Assembly: GCF_009914755.1 (NCBI RefSeq)
Contig: NC_060948.1
Length of the DNA: 64,000 nucleotides
DNA from: the human T2T-CHM13v2.0 reference genome, Homo sapiens
Strand: one strand, 5' to 3'
Position numbers and translations under genes: made by a program. Below the pieces are notes generated by a model, which did no database searches, was not told where the DNA came from, and was given only the letters and a program-made list of their open reading frames with translations. Below, in pieces: positions 56,889-64,000 of this stretch; positions within the stretch are counted from its first letter, which is position 1, and the number at the start of each line of letters is the position of its first letter.

Positions 56889-59800
56889 GAAAGGACTCGA
56901 ATGGAAATCACTCGAATAGAATGCAATTTAATAAAATAGGATCAAATGTAATGGAATGGAATGGAAAGGAATCGAAACGAAAGGAATGGAGACAGATGGA
57001 ATGGAATGGAACAGAGAGCAATGGTATAGAATGGAATGGAATCATCTGGAATGGAATTGAATGGAATGGAATAATATGAAATGGAATGGAATGGAATGGA
57101 ATGGAATGTCCTTGAATTAAATGGACTGGAATGGAATGGACTCGAACAGAGTGGAATGGAAAGTGTTGAGATAGAATGCAATGGACTCCTTTGGAATGGT
57201 GTAGTATGCAATGCAATCGACTGGCAGGGAATCAAAAGGAATGTAATGGAATGGATTGGACTGGAATGCAATGGACTCGAATAGATTGGAAACGGAATGC
57301 AAAGGAATGGAATGGAATAGTATGGAATGGAATGGAAAGGAATGGAGTGGAATAGACTAGAGTGGAATGGAATGGACTGGAAAGCAATGGACTGGAATGG
57401 AACTTTCTTGAATGGACTGGAATCAAACGTACTGGAATGCAGTGCAATCAAATGGCATGGAATAAAATAGAATGAAAGAGAATCAAATGGAATTGAATCG
57501 AATGGAATCGAATGGATTGGAAAGGAATAGAATGGAATGGAATGGAATTGACTCAAATGGAATGGACTAGAATGGAATGGATTCGAATGGAAGGCAAAGG
57601 AATGGAATCTATTGGAATGGACTGTAATGGAATGGAATGGAAGGGATTGGAATGGACTCGAATGGAATGGACTGCAATAGAAAGGATTCGAATGGAATGA
57701 AAAAGAATTGAATGGAATAGAACAGAATGGAATCAAATCGAATGAAATGGAATGGAATAGAAAGGAATGGAATGAAATGGAATGGAAAGGATTCGAATGG
57801 AATGCAATCGAATGGAATGGAATCGAACGGAATGGAATAAAATGGAAGAAAACTGGCAAGAAATGGAATCGAAATGAATGGAGTGTTATGGAACGGACTC
57901 AAAAGGAATTGAATGTAATAGAATGGAGTGGAGTGGACTCGAATATAATGGACTGGAATGGAATGAAATCACATGGAATGGGAACGAATGGAATGGAATG
58001 GAAAGGAATGGAATCGAATGGAAAGGAATCGAACGGAAGGGAATGAAATTGAATCAACAGGAATGGAAGGGAATAGAATAGACGGTAATGGAATGGACTC
58101 GAATAGAATGGACACGAATGCTCAAATCGAATGGACTCGAATGGAATGGAAACGAAAGGAATGTCATCGAATGGAATTGAATGGATTGGAATGAAATCGC
58201 ATAGAATGGAGTGGAATCAAATGGAATTGAATCGAAAGGAAAGGAAGCGAATGGACTGAAATGAAATGGAATGGAATTGAATGGAAAGTAATGCAATGGA
58301 ATAGAATGGAAAGAAATTTCACGGAATGGAATCAAACTGAATGGAATCAAATCAATGGAATCAAATCAAATGGAATGGAAAGGAATTGAATGGAGTAGAT
58401 TGGATTGGATGGGATTGGAATGAAATGTACTGGAAAGGACTCGAATTTCATGAAACGGAATGGAATGAATTGGAACGGAATGGACTCGAATGGAATGGAA
58501 TGTCATGGAATGGCATCAAATGGAATGGCATCAAATGGAATGGAATCGAATGCAATGGAATGCTATGGAATGGAATGGAATGCATTGGAATGGAATGTCC
58601 TCTAATGGAATGGATTCGAGTGGAATGGAATCGAATATAATGGAGTCGAATGAAATGGAATTGAAAGGAATGGGATCGAATACAATGGAATATACTGGAA
58701 TGTAATGTAATGAACTCGAATGTAATTGACTGGAATGGAATGTACATGAATGGAATGTAATCGAATGGAAAGTAATCCAATGGAATAGAATCTAATGCAA
58801 TAAAATCGACTCAGATAGAGTAGAATGTAATGGAATGGAGTGCAGTGCAATGGAATGGAATGGAATGGAATGCAATGGAATGGAATGGAATGGAATGGAA
58901 TGGAATGGAATGGAATGGAATGGGATGGAATGGTATGGAATGGATAGTAATGGACTGGAGTGAAATGGACTGGAAAGGAATGGACTCAAATTGAAAGGGC
59001 TCGAAAGGAATGGAGTCAAATGGAATGGTCTGGAATGGAATGAACACGAATGTAATGCAATCCAATAGAATGGAATCGAATGGCATGGAATATAAAGAAA
59101 TGGAATCGAAGAGAATGGAAACAAATGGAATGGAATTGAATGGAATGGAATTGAATGGAATGGGAACGAATGCAGTGAAATTGTATGCAGTAGAAGGGAA
59201 TAGAATGGAATGCAAGCGAAAGGAAAGGAATGGATTGGAATGGAATGGAATTCATTGGAATGGAAGGGAATGTAGTGTAATGGACAGGCCTGGAATAAAG
59301 TGGAATGCTACGGTCTCGAATGGAATAAAAATGTATGGAATGGAATGCAATGAAACGGAATCGAATGTCATAGAATGTAATGGAATGCAAAAAAATGGAA
59401 TCCAAAATCATTGACTGGAAAGGCTGGGTGTCGAAAGGAATTGACTCCAATGGAATGGAATCGAATGGAATGGAAGTGAATAGAATCGAACTAAATCGAA
59501 TGGAATGGAATTGATAGGAACGGAATGGAAAGGAATGCAATGATTTGGCATGGAATGGAATCGAATGGCATCGAATGGAATGGAATGGAATGCAATGGAA
59601 TGGAATGTATTAGAATGTAATGAACTTTAATGGAATGTACTCGAATGGATTCGACTGGAATGGAATGTTCTGGAAGTGAATGGACTCCAATGGAATGGAT
59701 TCAAAAGGAATGGAATCGTACGGAATGGAATCTAATGGAATGGAATTAAATGGAAATGAATCAAATTGAATAGCACGGAATTGAATTGAATGGAATGGAA

Positions 59801-60457
59801 TGCAATGGAATCTAATGAAACGGAAAGGAAAGGAATGGAATGGAATGGAATGGGCTGGAATGGAAAGGAATCGAAACGAATGGAATGGAATCGAACTGAA
59901 GAGACTGGAATGGAATGCACTGGAATGGAAGGGAGTGTAATGGAAGGTTCTCGAAAAAAATGGAATCGAATGGAATGGAATTGAATGGAACGGAATAGAG
60001 TCGAATGGAATTGAATGGAATGGAATGGACTAGAGTGAAATGGAATCGAACCACAAGGAATGGACAGGAATAGAATGGTCTCGAATTGAATGGAATCGTA
60101 TGGAATGGCATCAAACGGAATGGAATGGACAGCCACGGAATGGAATGCACTCGAATGCAATGGAGTCGAAACTAATGGACTGGAATAGAATGGACTCGAC
60201 TGGTACGGACTCCAATGGAATGGAATCGAATGGAAGGGAATCGAACGGAATGGACTCGAAGGGAAAAGACTGCAATGGAAAGGTCTCGAATGGAATGGAA
60301 ATTAATGGAATGGAATGGAATCGAATGAAATGGAGTCAAAAGGAATGGAATCGAATGGCAAGAAATCGAATGTAATGGAATCGCAAGGAATTGATGTGAA
60401 CGGAACGGAATGGAATGGAATCCAAAGGAATGGAATAGAATGGAATGGAATCGAATG
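56889..60457 (+). repeat. DYZ1 unit 17 (3,569 bp)
   Basis: ORF-track offsets 56876 and 60445. Confidence 0.9.
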
Positions 60458-63400
60458 GAAAGGACTCGAATGGAAATCACTCGAATAGAATGCAATTTAA
60501 TAAAATAGGATCAAATGTAATGGAATGGAATGGAAAGGAATCGAAACGAAAGGAATGGAGACAGATGGAATGGAATGGAACAGAGAGCAATGGTATAGAA
60601 TGGAATGGAATCATCTGGAATGGAATTGAATGGAATGGAATAATATGAAATGGAATGGAATGGAATGGAATGGAATGTCCTTGAATTAAATGGACTGGAA
60701 TGGAATGGACTCGAACAGAGTGGAATGGAAAGTGTTGAGATAGAATGCAATGGACTCCTTTGGAATGGTGTAGTATGCAATGCAATCGACTGGCAGGGAA
60801 TCAAAAGGAATGTAATGGAATGGATTGGACTGGAATGCAATGGACTCGAATAGATTGGAAACGGAATGCAAAGGAATGGAATGGAATAGTATGGAATGGA
60901 ATGGAAAGGAATGGAGTGGAATAGACTAGAGTGGAATGGAATGGACTGGAAAGCAATGGACTGGAATGGAACTTTCTTGAATGGACTGGAATCAAACGGA
61001 CTGGAATGCAATGCAATCAAATGGCATGGAATAAAATAGAATGAAAGAGAATCAAATGGAATTGAATCGAATGGAATCGAATGGATTGGAAAGGAATAGA
61101 ATGGAATGGAATGGAATTGACTCAAATGGAATGGACTAGAATGGAATGGATTCGAATGGAAGGCAAAGGAATGGAATCTATTGGAATGGACTGTAATGGA
61201 ATGGAATGGAAGGGATTGGAATGGACTCGAATGGAATGGACTGCAATAGAAAGGATTCGAATGGAATGAAAAAGAATTGAATGGAATAGAACAGAATGGA
61301 ATCAAATCGAATGAAATGGAATGGAATAGAAAGGAATGGAATGAAATGGAATGGAAAGGATTCGAATGGAATGCAATCGAATGGAATGGAATCGAACGGA
61401 ATGGAATAAAATGGAAGAAAACTGGCAAGAAATGGAATCGAAATGAATGGAGTGTTATGGAACGGACTCAAAAGGAATTGAATGTAATAGAATGGAGTGG
61501 AGTGGACTCGAATATAATGGACTGGAATGGAATGAAATCACATGGAATGGGAACGAATGGAATGGAATGGAAAGGAATGGAATCGAATGGAAAGGAATCG
61601 AACGGAAGGGAATGAAATTGAATCAACAGGAATGGAAGGGAATAGAATAGACGGTAATGGAATGGACTCGAATAGAATGGACACGAATGCTCAAATCGAA
61701 TGGACTCGAATGGAATGGAAACGAAAGGAATGTCATCGAATGGAATTGAATGGATTGGAATGAAATCGCATAGAATGGAGTGGAATCAAATGGAATTGAA
61801 TCGAAAGGAAAGGAAGCGAATGGACTGAAATGAAATGGAATGGAATTGAATGGAAAGTAATGCAATGGAATAGAATGGAAAGAAATTTCACGGAATGGAA
61901 TCAAACTGAATGGAATCAAATCAATGGAATCAAATCAAATGGAATGGAAAGGAATTGAATGGAGTAGATTGGATTGGATGGGATTGGAATGAAATGTACT
62001 GGAAAGGACTCGAATTTCATGAAACGGAATGGAATGAATTGGAACGGAATGGACTCGAATGGAATGGAATGTCATGGAATGGCATCAAATGGAATGGCAT
62101 CAAATGGAATGGAATCGAATGCAATGGAATGCTATGGAATGGAATGGAATGCATTGGAATGGAATGTCCTCTAATGGAATGGATTCGAGTGGAATGGAAT
62201 CGAATATAATGGAGTCGAATGAAATGGAATTGAAAGGAATGGGATCGAATACAATGGAATATACTGGAATGTAATGTAATGAACTCGAATGTAATTGACT
62301 GGAATGGAATGTACATGAATGGAATGTAATCGAATGGAAAGTAATCCAATGGAATAGAATCTAATGCAATAAAATCGACTCAGATAGAGTAGAATGTAAT
62401 GGAATGGAGTGCAGTGCAATGGAATGGAATGGAATGGAATGCAATGGAATGGAATGGAATGGAATGGAATGGAATGGAATGGAATGGAATGGAATGGAAT
62501 GGGATGGAATCGTATGGAATGGATAGTAATGGACTGGAGTGAAATGGACTGGAAAGGAATGGACTCAAATTGAAAGGGCTCGAAAGGAATGGAGTCAAAT
62601 GGAATGGTCTGGAATGGAATGAACACGAATGTAATGCAATCCAATAGAATGGAATCGAATGGCATGGAATATAAAGAAATGGAATCGAAGAGAATGGAAA
62701 CAAATGGAATGGAATTGAATGGAATGGAATTGAATGGAATGGGAACGAATGCAGTGAAATTGTATGCAGTAGAAGGGAATAGAATGGAATGCAAGCGAAA
62801 GGAAAGGAATGGATTGGAATGGAATGGAATTCATTGGAATGGAAGGGAATGTAGTGTAATGGACAGGCCTGGAATAAAGTGGAATGCTACGGTCTCGAAT
62901 GGAATAAAAATGTATGGAATGGAATGCAATGAAACGGAATCGAATGTCATAGAATGTAATGGAATGCAAAAAAATGGAATCCAAAATCATTGACTGGAAA
63001 GGCTGGGTGTCGAAAGGAATTGACTCCAATGGAATGGAATCGAATGGAATGGAAGTGAATAGAATCGAACTAAATCGAATGGAATGGAATTGATAGGAAC
63101 GGAATGGAAAGGAATGCAATGATTTGGCATGGAATGGAATCGAATGGCATCGAATGGAATGGAATGGAATGCAATGGAATGGAATGTATTAGAATGTAAT
63201 GAACTTTAATGGAATGTACTCGAATGGATTCGACTGGAATGGAATGTTCTGGAAGTGAATGGACTCCAATGGAATGGATTCAAAAGGAATGGAATCGTAC
63301 GGAATGGAATCTAATGGAATGGAATTAAATGGAAATGAATCAAATTGAATAGCACGGAATTGAATTGAATGGAATGGAATGCAATGGAATCTAATGAAAC

Positions 63401-64000
63401 GGAAAGGAAAGGAATGGAATGGAATGGAATGGGCTGGAATGGAAAGGAATCGAAACGAATGGAATGGAATCGAACTGAAGAGACTGGAATGGAATGCACT
63501 GGAATGGAAGGGAGTGTAATGGAAGGTTCTCGAAAAAAATGGAATCGAATGGAATGGAATTGAATGGAACGGAATAGAGTCGAATGGAATTGAATGGAAT
63601 GGAATGGACTAGAGTGAAATGGAATCGAACCACAAGGAATGGACAGGAATAGAATGGTCTCGAATTGAATGGAATCGTATGGAATGGCATCAAACGGAAT
63701 GGAATGGACAGCCACGGAATGGAATGCACTCGAATGCAATGGAGTCGAAACTAATGGACTGGAATAGAATGGACTCGACTGGTACGGACTCCAATGGAAT
63801 GGAATCGAATGGAAGGGAATCGAACGGAATGGACTCGAAGGGAAAAGACTGCAATGGAAAGGTCTCGAATGGAATGGAAATTAATGGAATGGAATGGAAT
63901 CGAATGAAATGGAGTCAAAAGGAATGGAATCGAATGGCAAGAAATCGAATGTAATGGAATCGCAAGGAATTGATGTGAACGGAACGGAATGGAATGGAAT
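60458..64000 (+). repeat. DYZ1 unit 18 (truncated by window end; ~3,579 bp expected)
   Basis: Marker ORF MESNHKEW at 60040 and 63619 (spacing 3,579). Confidence 0.88.
62446..62500 (+). repeat. Longest pure (GGAAT)11 tract noted (internal length-variable locus of the unit, here in unit 18)
   Basis: Eleven uninterrupted GGAAT between GCAAT and GGGAT; the homologous tract has 3-10 pentamers in the other units counted. Confidence 0.85.

Larger units (their letters stand above)
1..64000 (+). repeat. DYZ1: Human satellite 3 (GGAAT)n array, DYZ1 family (Yq12 heterochromatin), ~18 tandem ~3.56-kb units, G-rich strand on +
   Basis: GGAAT pentamers and variants (CGAAT, TGAAT, GCAAT, GGACT, CAAAT) run throughout. 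Unique landmarks (e.g. GGCTGGGTGTCGAAA, GGAGACAGATGG) recur every ~3.56 kb, and the marker ORF MNGIEQN starts at 808, 4356, 7925 ... 61277. One GAATTC and one AGGCCT per unit matches the classic EcoRI/HaeIII DYZ1 repeat (published unit 3,564 bp; unit 7 here is exactly 3,564 bp). Confidence 0.95.

Noticed and set aside
20-63954. Hundreds of ORFs (MEWNG-like on +, FHSIP-like on -), the longest 390 aa at 6904-8076
   Set aside because: Pure GGAAT has no stop codon in any frame on either strand and supplies frequent ATGs. The products are low-complexity, recur once per unit, and are freely frameshifted by 5-bp and 1-bp indels, so there is no sign of coding constraint.
1-64000. CRISPR-like repeat-spacer organisation
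   Set aside because: There are no unique spacers or cas genes; all intervening sequence is degenerate pentamer.
1-64000. DYZ2/HSat1B, Alu or L1 insertions, or an inversion breakpoint
   Set aside because: No AT-rich DYZ2 or Alu sequence and no switch to CATTC on the + strand were seen; unit spacing leaves no room for an insertion.
21287-64000. A regular 9-unit (~32 kb) higher-order repeat suggested by unit 7 resembling unit 16
   Set aside because: Units 8 and 9 do not match 17 and 18, and unit 6 does not match 15, so the periodicity does not extend.
1-64000. Alternative identity as HSat2 or chr9/acrocentric HSat3
   Set aside because: It lacks the CATTCGATTC-dominated HSat2 pattern, and the ~3.56-kb unit with its EcoRI/HaeIII landmarks fits DYZ1. 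An alignment to a complete Y assembly would confirm this.

Overview
The whole 64 kb is one uninterrupted, single-orientation array of diverged (GGAAT)n pentamers (human satellite 3 type), built from 18 head-to-tail copies of a ~3.56-kb unit (3,519-3,578 bp for the 17 complete units; the 18th is cut by the window end). The unit length, one EcoRI and one HaeIII/StuI site per unit, and matches to the classic Y-repeat sexing-primer sites (recalled from memory) identify it as DYZ1, the HSat3 repeat of human Yq12 heterochromatin. I see no protein-coding genes, RNA genes, transposons, CRISPR arrays or DYZ2/Alu interruptions. All listed ORFs are by-products of a pentamer that has no stop codon on either strand. 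I found no convincing new gene-encoded system. The informative structure lies in the variants: three in-register perfect heat-shock elements per unit, a ~7.1-kb two-unit tandem duplication, local and long-range unit families, mosaic (gene-conversion-like) patches, two internal length-variable GGAAT tracts, and mutational signatures (CpG decay, GA>TT doublets). All comparisons were made by eye and need alignment to confirm.
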